From Octopus sinensis (lineage: Eukaryota), in the NCBI RefSeq assembly GCF_006345805.1, contig NC_043007.1:36456001-36520000 (forward strand): DNA of 64,000 bases. Direction: 5' to 3'. A program made the translations under genes and the position numbers. Within the stretch, counting starts at the first letter, position 1, and each line of letters opens with the position of its first letter. Below the pieces are notes generated by a model. The model ran no database searches. It was not told the origin of the DNA and was given only the letters and a program-made list of their open reading frames with translations. Below are positions 1 through 13,168 of this stretch, in pieces.

Positions 1-99
1 TTATTTTGATGTTGATGTACTTGACTCAATAGGTCTCCTCAAGCACAGCAGGTTGCCCTACGATCCAAGGTGAGCACAGCAGGCTGTCCTGAGCCATGA

Positions 100-190
100 A
101 CCCACTTTATTTGTCGGGTCTTTGTAGTCATAGCATATCTCCAGAAGTCTCGGTCTTTCATCATTACTTCTGTGAGGCCCAACGTTCGAA
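100..190 (-). mobile_element. RTE-like LINE 3' ORF remnant
   Basis: LRTLGLTEVMMKDRDFWRYAM. Confidence 0.7.
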
Positions 191-192
191 GG

Positions 193-229
<37 letters not shown>

Positions 230-3200
230 CCTCAGCTGAAGGGGTTTTGCTTTGCATGTGCCCTCATGCCAGTCCTCATAAAAAGCTTCCATGCTGGTCC
301 ATGCACAAAGCACCCAGCACACTCTGTAAAGTGGCTGACATTAGGAAAGGGCATCCAGCCATAGAAACTGAGTGAAATCAGAATGGAACCCAGTAGTAGC
401 TCTCCAGCTCACCAGCCTTGATCAAACCATCCAACCCATGCCAGCATGGAAAACAGATGATGATGATGATGATGATATAATGTTTGTGCATGCATGTATA
501 TGTATGAGGATGTTGCATTTTACAGGCATTTGTACATGAGCATACATATTTGCAATTTAGAATATATTATTCTATGTTTGCATGTGTGTGCGTGTGTGTG
601 CATGCGTGTGTGTTGGGCGATGGACACAGCATCATTAACCTTTTTGATACCAATCAGTCTGAAACCACCCATGGTTCTATAATACAAACTTCCTGTTTAA
701 AGTCATCTCAATTAAAACCGTCCATCAAATTTGACATTAATTTATGTTCCAAATACCAGCCGAACAACGACAAAGCCATTTTACTAAATTCTTCTTTATT
801 TTCAAAAGTAATTGAAGCAAAAGCCAGCAAAGTTAATGTTTTTACTGCAAAGACTGAAAAAGAATAACATCGGCTTGTTTGAAGGTGATGCTCCTTTATA
901 ACCATCATCTGATATCAAGAAAAGGGTACACATAACACACACAAACGCATGCATATATGCACATGTATACACACACACACACACACACACACATACAAGC
1001 ATATGACAGGTTTCTTCTAGTTTCCATCTACCAAATCCACCTGCAAGGATTTGATAAGCCTAGAGCTATAGCAGAAAATACTTGCCCAAAATGCTGAGAG
1101 CTCATGGTTGGTAATCAATCTTTTTCACCACACATCCACACCTTTCTACATAAATATATCTACAAAATCACAAATATACACAAACACTAACGAATATGCT
1201 CATACAGATACATACACATGCACACAACATGTGCACATAGACACTCACATATGTATACATACATGCGTGCATGCACACACACACACACACACACATGACA
1301 TGCTTCTTCCAGTTTCCATCTACTAAATCCACTTGCAAAGCTTCGGTAGGCCAAGGGCTGTAGTAGGAAATACTTGCCCAAAGAGCTGTACTGTAGAACT
1401 GAACCTGAGACCTCATGTAGGACTGAACCTGAGACCAAATCTGAGACCAGTCATAAAAGTCCCAAGTTTGATTCCACAGAGTGGCATCTTGGGCAAATGT
1501 CTTTCAACATTGCTCCAAATCAATCCGAGCCCTGTGAGTGAAATTGGGTTAATAGAAACCTATTTCTTTACTACCCACAAGGGGCCAAACAAGGACAGAC
1601 AAACGGATTAAGTCGATTACATCGACCCCAGTGCATAACTGGTACTTAATTTATCTAACCCGAAAGGATGAAAGGCAAAGTCGACCTCGGCAGAATTTGA
1701 ACTCAGAACGTAAAGACAGACGAAATACCTATTTCTTTATTACCCACAAGGGGCTAAACACAGAGGGGGACAAACAAGGACAGACAAATGGATTAAGTCG
1801 ATTACATCGACACCAGTGCGTAACTGGTACTTAATTTATCAACCCCGAAAGGATGAAAGGCAAAGTCGACCTCAGCAGAATTTGAACTCAGAACGTAACG
1901 GCAGATGAAATACCACTAAGCATTTCGCCCGGCATGCTAACGTTTCTGCCAGCTCGCCGCCTTATTCGCCTTTATTCATGTTAAAGCATGAATAAATACA
2001 TGTGTCTGTGTGAGCCTGTCAGGGAGTGAGAGTGTATGTATGTGATTATGTAAATATATATATGAAGACAGGTGTGGCTGTGTGGTGAAGAAGATTGCTT
2101 ACCAGCCATGAGGTTTTGGGTTCAGTTCCAGAGCACAGTACTTTGGGCAGGTATTTTCTACTCTAGCCCTGGCCCAACCAAAGCCTTGTGAGTGAATTTG
2201 GTAGATGGAAACTGGAAAAATCCTGTCATGTGTGTGCATGTGTGTGTGTGTGCATGCACACGTGCATATGTATATATAACTATGTGTGTTTCTGTGTGCA
2301 TGTGTTATGTGCATGCATGTGTGTGTTTATATGTACACCTTGTCTTGATATCAAATGATGGTCATAAAGGAGCATCACCTTCAAATAAGCTGATGTTATT
2401 CATTTTCAGTTTTTGCAGTAAACACATGTCAGACCACAGGGAAATATTACCTTATTTGATAACAGTTGGGGGTTGGCAACAGTCAATTGCAGACTATAAT
2501 ATAACAACAAGTAACAGAATAGAGATGTTGGTAATATATTTATTCTTAGGTTACCATTGTTTCAATAACAGATGGCTCAGATCAATTATAATTATTTAAC
2601 ATGATGGAACACATAAAGCCATGAATATAAACAATTACAATTTAATGCAAGCTATGTAATATGCAATCTATTTGTCATCTTACCAAAAGCAAGTGAACAA
2701 AATCAATACCCATGTACTTGGGTGAACACACCTACACACGAATATAAAATTTTTGCCATGATTTAGAAACTCCAAGAGATATGAAATGTATCACTTAAAT
2801 GGTGATACTTGAAGATAAAACTAGAAATAATAGCATGTAAAATACTGGTTTCAAATTTTGGTACAAGGCCTGCAATTTCAGGGAGGTGGTAAGTCAATTA
2901 CATCAACCCCAGTGCTCAACTGGTACTTGTCGACCTTGGAGGAATTTGAACTCAGAATATAAAGACAGGAGAAATGCCACTAAGCATTTTGTTTGGCATG
3001 CTAACAATTCCTTTTCTACTCTAGGCACAAGGCCCGAAATTTTGGGGAAGGTGGTCAGTCGATTAGATCGACCACAGTACGCAACTGGTACTTGATTTAT
3101 CGACCCTGAAAGGCAAAGTTGACCGCCGTGAACTTTGAACTCAGAACGTAGCGGCAGACGAAATACCGCTAAATATTTTGCCTGGCATGCTAATGTTTCT

Positions 3201-3420
3201 GCCTTGACAGCGTGTAGAATATTGAGTTGAAAATAGCCCTTGGATAGAAAAAAATGTCAATGGCTGCTTGGTGGACTTGAACCCAAACCTTCTGCAGACA
3301 TGATGGATGTGCTACCATTACATCAAAGCAAGCCTTCATATGTTCACTATCTGTTTTAGAAGCTTTGCTCTTACTGACAAGAATAATATTTTCTTTATCT
3401 TTATCTTTTATTTGTTTTGG

Positions 3421-3461
<41 letters not shown>

Positions 3462-4218
3462 CACACACAAATATATAACAAGGCTTCTTTCAGTTTCTAT
3501 CTGCCAAATCCACTTACAAGGCTTTGGTCAGCCCGAGGCTATAGTAGAAGACACTTGATTTTGTTCACTTGCTTTTGGTAAGATGACAAATAGAACCCGG
3601 AACCATGTGGTTGGGAAGCAAGCTTCTTACCACAAAGCCATGCCTGTGCCTACATCATAAGAATTTTATATCTTTTAGAAACTGGAAGAGATATGAAATA
3701 AATTGTTTTAGTGGTGGAGCTTGAAGTAGATAAAGCTATAAATAATAGCATGTATTACATCTGTCATGTGCTCAGAAGATATGGGTTTGAGTTTGACAGG
3801 CCACCTTTGACTTTTTTCTCTATCCAAAGGTTATTTTAACTCAGTGTTCTACATGCTGTTAGTGATAACTTTATCTACTTTGAATTCTCCCATTCAAACA
3901 ATTTCTTACACAATCATTGTTTATATTCATGGTTATATGCTTTTCACCTTGCTAAATGATTCTGAAACAGCTGTAACTTAAGATTAAATTTAATACCAAT
4001 ACCTCAATTCTTTCACTTGTTACACACACACACACATATGTAAAAGCATCCACTACACTCTCAGAGTGGTTGGCATTAAGAAGGGCATCCAGCTGTAGAA
4101 ACTCTGCCAGATCGGATTGGAGCCTGGTGCAGCCATCTGGTTCGCCAGTCCTCAATCAAATTGTCCAACCCATGCTAGCATGGAAAGCGGACATTAGACG
4201 ATGATGATGATGATGATG

Positions 4219-4259
<41 letters not shown>

Positions 4260-4854
4260 AATGCCTGGATTTGTTGGATGGAAACTGAAAGAAGCTCATT
4301 GTATTGAAAAAAAAGCTGTATTACATGCACACACACATACATATATGAGAGTGTGTGTGTGTGACATCGTGTGATAGTTGTAAATAAGTGTCACAGTCAT
4401 ACAAACAGTGTCATTCACCTGCAATACTCTCTGAGAATATGTCTCGTAAGGGGGAAATATTACCTTGCTTTAAAACAAGTGAGTGTTGGTGACAGGAAGG
4501 GCATCAAGTCATAGAAAACCAACTTTGAATAAACTCCGCATGATCCATGCAAGCATGTAAAAGTGGGCAGCAAATGATGATGATATACATAGTCTATTTG
4601 GAAAAGTTAACAGCTGAAGTGCTTACATACACAATATGAAAAGTCTCTTCCAAAAGAATCGTGTCATTCTGTTTAAGATTTTTATATCTTATATAATTGA
4701 AAAAATATTCATTTTAAGAAAATCCTACTCAAATACACACGCGCACACAGACACATGTATGTGTGTGTGTATATATATATACATACATACATGTGTGTGT
4801 GTGTGTGCATATTTGAGTAGGATTTTCTTAAAATGTATAATATATATATGCATG

Positions 4855-4888
<34 letters not shown>

Positions 4889-5629
4889 ATATATATAGGG
4901 AGAATTCATGAAAAAAAACAAAAGACGAAGACAGGTGGTGTAGAAAACAAACAGATGTATTAGCATAACACTCGGGAATTGAAAAAGTCTTTTACATTTT
5001 GAGCCTACGCTCTTCCACAGAAAGAAACAAGGAAAGGAAAAAATGTGTGTAGTGGCTAACGATCTATCATGGCGACATATATATATGCATGTATACATAT
5101 ATATATGCATGTATATATATATATATATATATGTATGTATATGTATAAGTACATATATATAGACACACACCACACACAGAAAAAGAAAGATAGAAAAAAA
5201 GGAAAGAAAGAAGAATGGCGACACATAATGAGACATGGTGAACGTGATACCAAGCTAAAGATATTTGTTTGTTAGTGTAATAAGGTGTGATATTGGTCCA
5301 ATGAAGATTAATGTACAAGCTGGTTAGTTAGGGTTAGGGTTAGTGAAAGAAGGACAAAGGGGCATGGAGAGAGAGAGAGAGAGAGCTGAGAAGAGACAAA
5401 GAGAAAGATCCAAAATGAGGAGAGAGTGATGACAGGGAGTGAAAAGAGATGCAAGTATGAGAGAGAGAGAGTGGAAAAGAAGAGATGTAAATATGAGAGA
5501 GAGTGAAAAGAAGAGGTAGAAGTATAATGAGAGAGGGAGAGAGAGAGTGTGCGTGTGAAAATGTGAGAAAGAGAAAGAGAGAGTGAAAAGTAGAGGTATA
5601 ACAAGAGAGAAAGAGATTGAGAGAGAGAG

Positions 5630-5667
<38 letters not shown>

Positions 5668-5947
5668 TGAAAGGAAAAAGATAAACATAATAAAACAGAG
5701 AGAGAGAGAGAGTGATTTGGTGAAAGGAAGAGACAACTACAGCAGGAAAGAGAGAGAGAGAGGAGAGGGAGATCTTTATAGTATTAAGGGATTAATTACA
5801 TGCAATGCAATAAAGAAAGCTGTAAGGGGAGCCAATGTAATTACAAGCAAATCATATCAAATCTTGCATGGACATGAAGATGTTTGCACCACAAAAATTA
5901 ATGTCTGCTTAAAAAGCTTAAAACATGCCACCCTACTTAATCTCTCT

Positions 5948-5980
<33 letters not shown>

Positions 5981-6925
5981 TTGTTATTTTGCTTCTGTTA
6001 ATTTTCCAAGTATTTTTTTTTTTTTTTTAATTCATGTCTTTATATGATAATTTTTTTTCCTTAATAATCTTTTCTTTCTTCAAGCTGTGAAATCTTAAAA
6101 TTGATTAAGTCATTTATGGATTGCCAGAATTGCCAAGTATGTCTTACTAAATGCCACACAGTATTTCATCCGATTCTCTATGTTCTGAGTGCACATCCTG
6201 CTATGGTGAACTTAGCCTTTCATCTTCCTGGGGTTGACAAAGATACCAGTCAAATATTGTGATTGATTTAGTCAACAAACCACTCACTCCACAAATTTCT
6301 AGTTTTATGCCGAAATTAGAAATAGCTATTATTCTTTTCTACTTTAGGCACAAGGCCCAAAATTTTTGGGCAGGGGTTCAGTTAATCAGATCGACCCCAG
6401 TATGCAACTGGTACTTAATTTATCAACCCCGAAAGGATGAAAGGCAACATCAACCTCATTGGAATTTGAACTCAGAAAAATAAAGACAAACAAAATATTG
6501 TTAAGCATTTCGCCTGGTATGCTAACATTTCTACCAGCTTGCCACCTTAGAAATAGTTATTATAATCATCTTGTCTTCCCCATTTTTATTATGAAGTCAT
6601 CCTTGTCTTTCATCTTTTTGTGGGTTGATAAAATAAAGCAACAGCCAAGTGCTGGAGTTGATGCATTCAGTTAACGCCTGACCCCTGGCCTTGTGCCAAA
6701 ATTCAAAGCAATTATTATCATTAAGTGGAGGCGCATGGCTTAGTGGTTAGGGTGTCAGCATCATGATCGTAAGATTGTGGTTTCAATTCCTGGACCGGGT
6801 GACGCGTTGTATTCTTGTGCAAAACACTTCATTTCACGTTGCTCCAGTCCACTCAGCTGGCAAAAATGAGCAACACTGTGATGGACTGGCGTCCCGTCCA
6901 GCTGGGGAATACATACGCCATAGAA

Positions 6926-7035
6926 ACCTAATACTGCAGGAATAATTGTCTTGGTCTTCCACAGTCTCCTCAGCTCTCTGGCCAGATCCTGGTATTACTC
7001 AATTTTTCCATTTCTTTGGTATCGACTCCGCTATC
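6926..7035 (-). mobile_element. Remnant of the restriction-like endonuclease region of an RLE-type non-LTR retrotransposon
   Basis: KIE*YQDLARELRRLWKTKTIIPAVLG resembles the EK..KYQDL..E..RLW motif. Confidence 0.6.
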
Positions 7036-8432
7036 ATAGGGAATTGAAAAATCTATGTTCTTACACTACATCATTATAATTAGATGAAGTGGCAGAACTG
7101 TTAGAGCAATGGAAATATGTCTTGCTGTATTTAGTTATAGTACTTGACATTCCAAGTTCAAATCCTGCCAAGGTCAACTTTGACTTTTATTCTTCTAGGG
7201 TTGTTAGAATACATATTCCAGGCTTTGTGCATATATTAGAAACAATTATTGGTCAGATTGGCAGAATCATTAGAGAGTTAAATAAAATGCCAAGTGGCAA
7301 AAAGAAAAAGAAAAGAAAAAAACTGTCTTGCAGTATCAATGCCAACCAAATTGAGATTACCGCTGTATCAATGATACAAATTCCTTGTTTAAAAGTGATT
7401 TAAGTCAAAACCTTCCATCAAAATTTCGTGCTAACATTCTAGACACCAGCTTTACAATGACATTTTTACGAAATTCTTCATTATTTTCAAATTGATTGAA
7501 ATATTTCAACAGAAATAAGGTAACAGGCACAAAGTGATCTACGTTAAAACCTTCACTCAATATTTTATGTTAATCTATACCAAACACCAGTTTAATACTG
7601 ACTAAGTTATTTTGATAAATTTTTCATTATTTTAAAAAATATTTTATAAAATAATACATTATTTTAAAAAATAACAGGCGTAGGAGAGACTGTGTGGTAA
7701 GTAGCTTGCTTACGAACCACATGGTTCCGGGTTCAGTCCCACTGCATGGATTTGGTAGATGGAAACTGAAAGAAGCCTGTCGTATATATGTATATATATG
7801 TGTGTGTATGTATGTATGTGCTTGTTCCCCCAACATCACTTGACAACCGATGCTGGTGTGTTTATGTCCCCGTAACTTAGCGGTTCAGCAAAAGATACTG
7901 ATAGAATAAGTACTAGGCTTCCAAAAAAAAATGCCTGGGGTCGATTTGCTCGACTAAAGGCAGTGCTCCAGCATGGTCACAGTTAAATAACTGAAACAAG
8001 TAAAAGAGTAAACGTAATGTAGTTCAACAGAAATATGGAATGAGAAAATTAATACCATCAATTTAACTTAAGTCTAAGAAACCCTGCAAGGATCATGAGC
8101 ACTGTTCCTTCCTCCAAACAAACAGAAAAAAATAGAGAAGCATATGAATGTAAGCCAGAGACTACAACTAAGAAAGGGCAATTGCTTTTGATAACCCAAA
8201 GAACCTCGTATCAGAAAAGATTCCTTAATAATTCTTTGGTGGTTATTCCCACTATTGAAACTATTTCATTTCTTTGAATTCTTTCGTCCTTTTACTGGTT
8301 ACAGTCATTGGACAATGGTCATGCTGGAACATTTTTGATAGTACAAAACTGAATCAGAGCTAACTTGGGGACTGAATAACCACACTTGATTAAAAATACA
8401 ACCATGAAATCGTTAAAGAATAACGCACTTAC

Positions 8433-8505
8433 CTCCGTAAACAATACCAAATTGGCCAGAACCAAGGACGTACTCTGCACATATTGAGTAAGTTTTACTT
8501 ATATC
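8433..8505 (-). CDS. PRKD: PKD exon I (73 nt, phase 0-1): DISKTYSICAEYVLGSGQFGIVYG, kinase glycine-rich loop
   Basis: Acceptor cctctttttcag, donor gtaagt; GSGQFG is typical of PKD. Confidence 0.96.
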
Positions 8506-10133
8506 CTGAAAAAGAGGAGGAAAACTGGATTAAATATAAATTTTCTTTATAAACATCATCTAAAATTAAACAGAACTTATGCTGAGATAATTTATTTTTT
8601 AATTAGACATACCATGAGCCCACATCTGTGTGTGTGTGTGTTCGAGTGTGATCGTTACCAGCGTCGCTTTACTGGCACCGGTAAAAACATTTGAGCGAGG
8701 ATATTGCCAGTACCGCCTGACTGGCCCCCGTGCTGGTGGCACATAAAAGCACCCACTACATTCTCAAAGTGGTTAGCGTTAGGAAGGGCATCCAGCTGTA
8801 GAAACTTTGCCAGATCAAGATCGGAGCCTGATGCAGCCATCTGGTTCGCCAGCCCTCAGTCAAATTGTCCAATCCATTCTAGCATGGAAAGCGGACGTTA
8901 AACGATGATGATGATGATGATGATGATATATAATTATATGTGCGTATGTAATGTTAACCATCATCCTTTAAATCTTAAGGTGTTGCAAATTTTTATAGTC
9001 CCTGATATGTTGATCATTTGTAAGGTAGGAATTAAAGATTTGCATTCTCTCTCCAAGATCCCAAGTTTAGCCATACTTTTGCTCTTGTCAGGCTGATATA
9101 TTTCCTGTTGCTCCACTAATAATAGGTATGAAGATGGAAGCATATCTTGGGAACTGGATTTGCAACCTCCTTATTAATGGTCCATAGACATTCTCTATGT
9201 ATGTTTGTAATATATGCATGTGCATATGTGTCTATTCATGTATGTGTATGGTTCAGTGGTTAGAGTGTTGAGCTCATAATCATGAGGTAGTGAGTTCAAT
9301 TCCTGGACTGGGTCGTGTGTTGTGTTCTTGAGAAAGACACTTTATTTCACGTTGCTCCAGTTCACTCAGCTGTAGAAATGAGTTACAACATTATTTGTGC
9401 CAAGCTGTATCGGCATTTGCCATTCCCTTGGATAACATCAGTGGTGTGGAGAAGGTAGGCATGGACAACTGCTGGTCTTCCATAAACAACCTTGTCCAGA
9501 CCATAAACAACCTTGCCTTAAGCGGGAACTTTCTAAGCGGGAACTTTCGAAGGGGGTCTTTTTACATATGTACGTTATGTTTATATTTATAATGCAGTGA
9601 GATAGATTATTATCTCCATGACCATCTTTTCTGAGTGGAAAGGTATCATTCACCATGAGCTTTGTCCCACGTGGTTAGATGATCAATAAAAAGTTCATTT
9701 GAAACATTTGAGAGAGGCAATGTGCGAACTGGCAGAATTGTTAGGACGGTGGGCAAAATGCTTAGCGGTATTTTGTCTGCTGTTACGATCTGAGTTCAAA
9801 TTCCACCGAGGTCGACTTTGCCTTTCATCCTTTCGGGGGTCAATTAAATAAGTACCAGTTACACACTGGGGTCGATATAATCGACTTAATCCCTTTGTCT
9901 GTCCTTGTTTGTCCCCTCTATGTTTAGCCCCCTGTGGGCAATAAAGAAACAGGTAAAAATGTGAAGAAAGAAGCCAAACAAACAAAAATTTGAATGTAGC
10001 CCTGCCACACATAACTGCTTATTCATATCATTTTGGCAAAGCACAAGATGACCTGTGTAGCCCCAACCATCCTGTTCTTCAGATTTGGCTTCTGTAGACT
10101 TTTTTTTTTTATGTTGCCAAAATTGAAACTCAC

Positions 10134-10145
10134 TCTGAAAGTTTG
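10134..10145 (-). CDS. PRKD: Candidate optional 12-nt micro-exon (QTFR, phase 0-0)
   Basis: Upstream pyrimidine tract aattttcttttacctcttttgtcatttgaaatcag, exon CAAACTTTCAGA, donor gtgagt; frame-preserving; no homology support. Confidence 0.3.
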
Positions 10146-10367
10146 CTGATTTCAAATGACAAAAGAGGTAAAAGAAAATTTGTTATGAGAATTGAGCACT
10201 ACACCTGGTCAATGAGTTAGAGAGATAGAGAGAGAGAGAGAGTGAGAGAGAGAGCATAAGCGACAAAGAAAGAGAGAGTTGTGTTTAGGCTATAGACATG
10301 AAGAGTGCTCAGATATGTCATACCAACAAATGCTTTAACACACCATTTTATTTCTACTTTATGCACA

Positions 10368-10414
<47 letters not shown>

Positions 10415-10509
10415 TCTTTCTTACTCGCTCGCTATCTCTCTCCCGATTCCAAACGAGATAAAAATTAAGAAATTCAAAGACACACAACAAAGAATATCAC
10501 GATACTTAC

Positions 10510-10544
10510 TTTCTTCTTTTCATCGATAGAATCAAGATAGTTCT
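10510..10544 (-). CDS. PRKD: PKD micro-exon (35 nt, phase 1-0): (E)NYLDSIDEKKK
   Basis: Strong acceptor ttttttttcccttcttacag and consensus donor gtaagt; the only good candidate I found that converts phase 1 (exon H) to phase 0 (next exon). Confidence 0.8.
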
Positions 10545-10677
10545 CTGTAAGAAGGGAAAAAAAAGCATGGCAAAATCAAATGGAAGAATAACAGTTATTT
10601 AATTAACGAGAAGCTGTTTTACTTTAACAAGAACAGTTCCACAAAATGGAGCTTTAAATGTTTAAATTACATAGCTA

Positions 10678-11900
10678 TCAGGTCATCTCACAAGTTCTGT
10701 CCAAATTTTGAATAAAGAAAACAAGTGATCAAATGTTATATTTAATTGAAATTTAATCATCAATGTACTTTCCCTGATTACTATGACTTTCCTTCCATCT
10801 ATTTAGAAGCTTTTTAATCCCATCAATGTAAAACTCATTTGGTTTCAAAGCGAAGAACCCTGAAATGTCAGTTTCAACCTCCTCCTGGCTTGCGAAAGTT
10901 ATGTCTCCCAAATGATTCTGTAAACTATGAAACAAATGGTAGTCTGAAGGAGCAAGGTCAGGAGAATAAGTGGATGAGGAATTTTTTCCCAGCCATGCTC
11001 TTTGATCTTCTGTGATGTGAATTTTGCAGTGTGGGGTCATGCACTATCCTGATGAAACATCACTCCTTTTCAATTCACTAAAGTGGGTCTTTTTGTCTTG
11101 AAAGCTTGGTTCTAACGCTCTAATTGCTGACAGTAGACTTCAGCATTGATTATTGCATTAGGTGGTAACAATTCAAAGTGAATTACTCCTTTGCAAATCC
11201 CACCAGATAGAGAGAAGAACCTTTTTTCCATGAAGTTCCCTTCTCAGTTGTGGTTGAGATTTTTCCCTTTTACCAAGCCACTATTTACGATGTTTAACAT
11301 TTCAATAAAATATCCATTTTCTGTCATCAGTCACAAGTCTATCCAAAAAGGTAAAATGAGTTCATGAGAATGGAGATAAGACCAGATGTCAACTCAGGAT
11401 TTGGGGTTGCTTTGGATAATTCATGAGGCACCCATTTTCCAAGTTTAGGGACTTTAACAAGTTGTTGAAGATGATGATGAACAGTTATGGGATTTGCTTC
11501 AAGTAATGCCTCAAGGAGCTTATCATCAAATTCAACTGGATGTCCTGTTCGATCTTCATCTTCAAGGCAGAAATCTCCACTTCTGAATTTTGCAAACCAT
11601 CTGCAAGTTCTTTCATTCAAGCATTCTTTCCCGTAAACTGAGTATATGTTTCGAGTCGCTTCAGCAGCATAGTTTCCTTTTTTGTACTCATAAAGCATTA
11701 TGTGCCTTAAATGCTCTTTAGAAACTTCCATGTTAGAAAGGGTTTTAATTCTATTATTCTGTAAAATGATATTTAATTAGTTTAAATGTACACAAATACA
11801 TAAAAATAATTTTAAATTCCATTAGACATTCTAAAACACTATTAAATTTCATTCAATTTTAAAAAAAGTAAAATCAGACAGAACTTATAGGATGACCTGA
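10678..11900 (-). mobile_element. Full-length degenerate mariner transposon
   Basis: TA-flanked imperfect TIRs (tcaggtcatctcacaagttctgtc / gacagaacttataggatgacctga); frameshifted transposase pieces MEVSKEHLRHIMLYEYKKG..WVPHEL and YSPDLAPSDYHLF. Confidence 0.93.
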
Positions 11901-12288
11901 TACAATTATAAATCTATAAGCAGGCATGGTTTCAACTTTTGGCACAAAGCCAGCAATTTTACAAGGAGAGGAACTGTCTAATGAATTGTTCCTAACTTAA
12001 GATGATTAGGTACAATGAGACATATTAGGCAGCTATTTCTAGCAGAAATAGCAACCACACAGAGGCTCCTGCATATGTTAGTCAAACTCTAATGTCTGCA
12101 TTTGATGTATAAACAATTTGACACAAGCAATGTGAAGGAATGAGTATCTCTAACTGCATCAAAGCTGATTAAAATTGGAATCCCATCCCCTATACTTTCT
12201 TCAAGGTTTAGCTCCAAAATAATTTCTTAGGGTATGGCTAATTACATCATATCACAGAGAATTCATTAAATTTAATATGGTGCATTAC

Positions 12289-12553
12289 CTTCTTGGACAT
12301 TTGACGAAGTGACAGGCATTAATGCTTGGCGAATAGCAATTTCCCAGTGATTTGCCTGCTCCAAGCCAACACCACTTTCTGCCGAAGACAACAAACTGTC
12401 AGCATTTTCCTTTCCATAGCCACAGTCTTCTCCAATGTAGTACATAACTGAAGAGAACCCAAACTCAAACACATGTGGCTGAGATTTTCCAAATGCAGCT
12501 ATGATTTCTGGTTTTGCATGTTCTACAGAAGATATCTTTTCCAGTGGCATTTC
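12289..12553 (-). CDS. PRKD: PKD exon H (265 nt, phase 0-1): EMPLEKISSVEHAKPE...HWEIAIRQALMPVTSSNVQE, PH domain C-terminal part
   Basis: Acceptor tttatag, donor gtaatg; W..AIRQALMPVT motif; overlaps ORF 12272..12550. Confidence 0.95.
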
Positions 12554-12664
12554 CTATAAAGATATATATTTATAAATATAAACATATATATATTAGGGAG
12601 TATAACTCCAAACTTACAGGGAAAAATTCAAATTAGTATTAAATCAGATTTCACAATATAAATA

Positions 12665-12949
12665 TAATATATATATAAATTAGAAAAAACCCACTATTAT
12701 GTAATTCAAACAATGATAGACAGAAACCAAATCATAAATAAAAAATAAAACATATTTTTTAAAACATATAACTATATCACAAAAAGTACAAAAATGAATA
12801 AACAAAATATAATACGTATTCATTTTTGTACTTTTTGTGATCTAGTTATATGTTTTAAAATATATTTTATTTTTTATTTATGATTTGGTTTGTCTATCAT
12901 TATTTGAATTGCATAATAGCGGTTTTTCTCTAATTTATATATATATATA
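12665..12949. repeat. ~285-bp imperfect AT-rich palindrome
   Basis: Arms meet at 16-nt loop 12801-12816; left part homologous to 56190-56410. Confidence 0.85.
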
Positions 12950-13168
12950 CAGTTATCAATCTGTGTTGCAAGATTCCTGATGTGAATTCATGTGTTGAAA
13001 CCGATATTGTTGTATTTTGGGAAAGTCATTTTTTTTGCCAAATATACACATGCACTATATATATTTTTTTCACTCATTTATTACTCTTCTTATTTTATCA
13101 TTTTAACTCATGACCATTGTCTGGACATATATATATGTTGTTACACATTTGACTTACCACTATATATA

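Noticed and set aside
6728-6800. tRNA-like sequences (also ~9250, 51839, 57830)
   Set aside because: Box A/B present but no complete cloverleaf, and they continue into SINE bodies
1-8432. Next kinase exons (VAIK..DK, HPGVV)
   Set aside because: Not found by eye; probably beyond the window, though a missed exon cannot be excluded
8961-9143. ORF as the missing PH-kinase linker exon
   Set aside because: No PKD similarity and no splice pair with the needed phases; the 35-nt exon fits better
10068-10091. Possible 24-nt exon (KPNLKNRM or EAKSEEQD)
   Set aside because: The AG is preceded by an A-run rather than pyrimidines and the donor (gttggg) is weak; the phase 1 reading cannot join exon I
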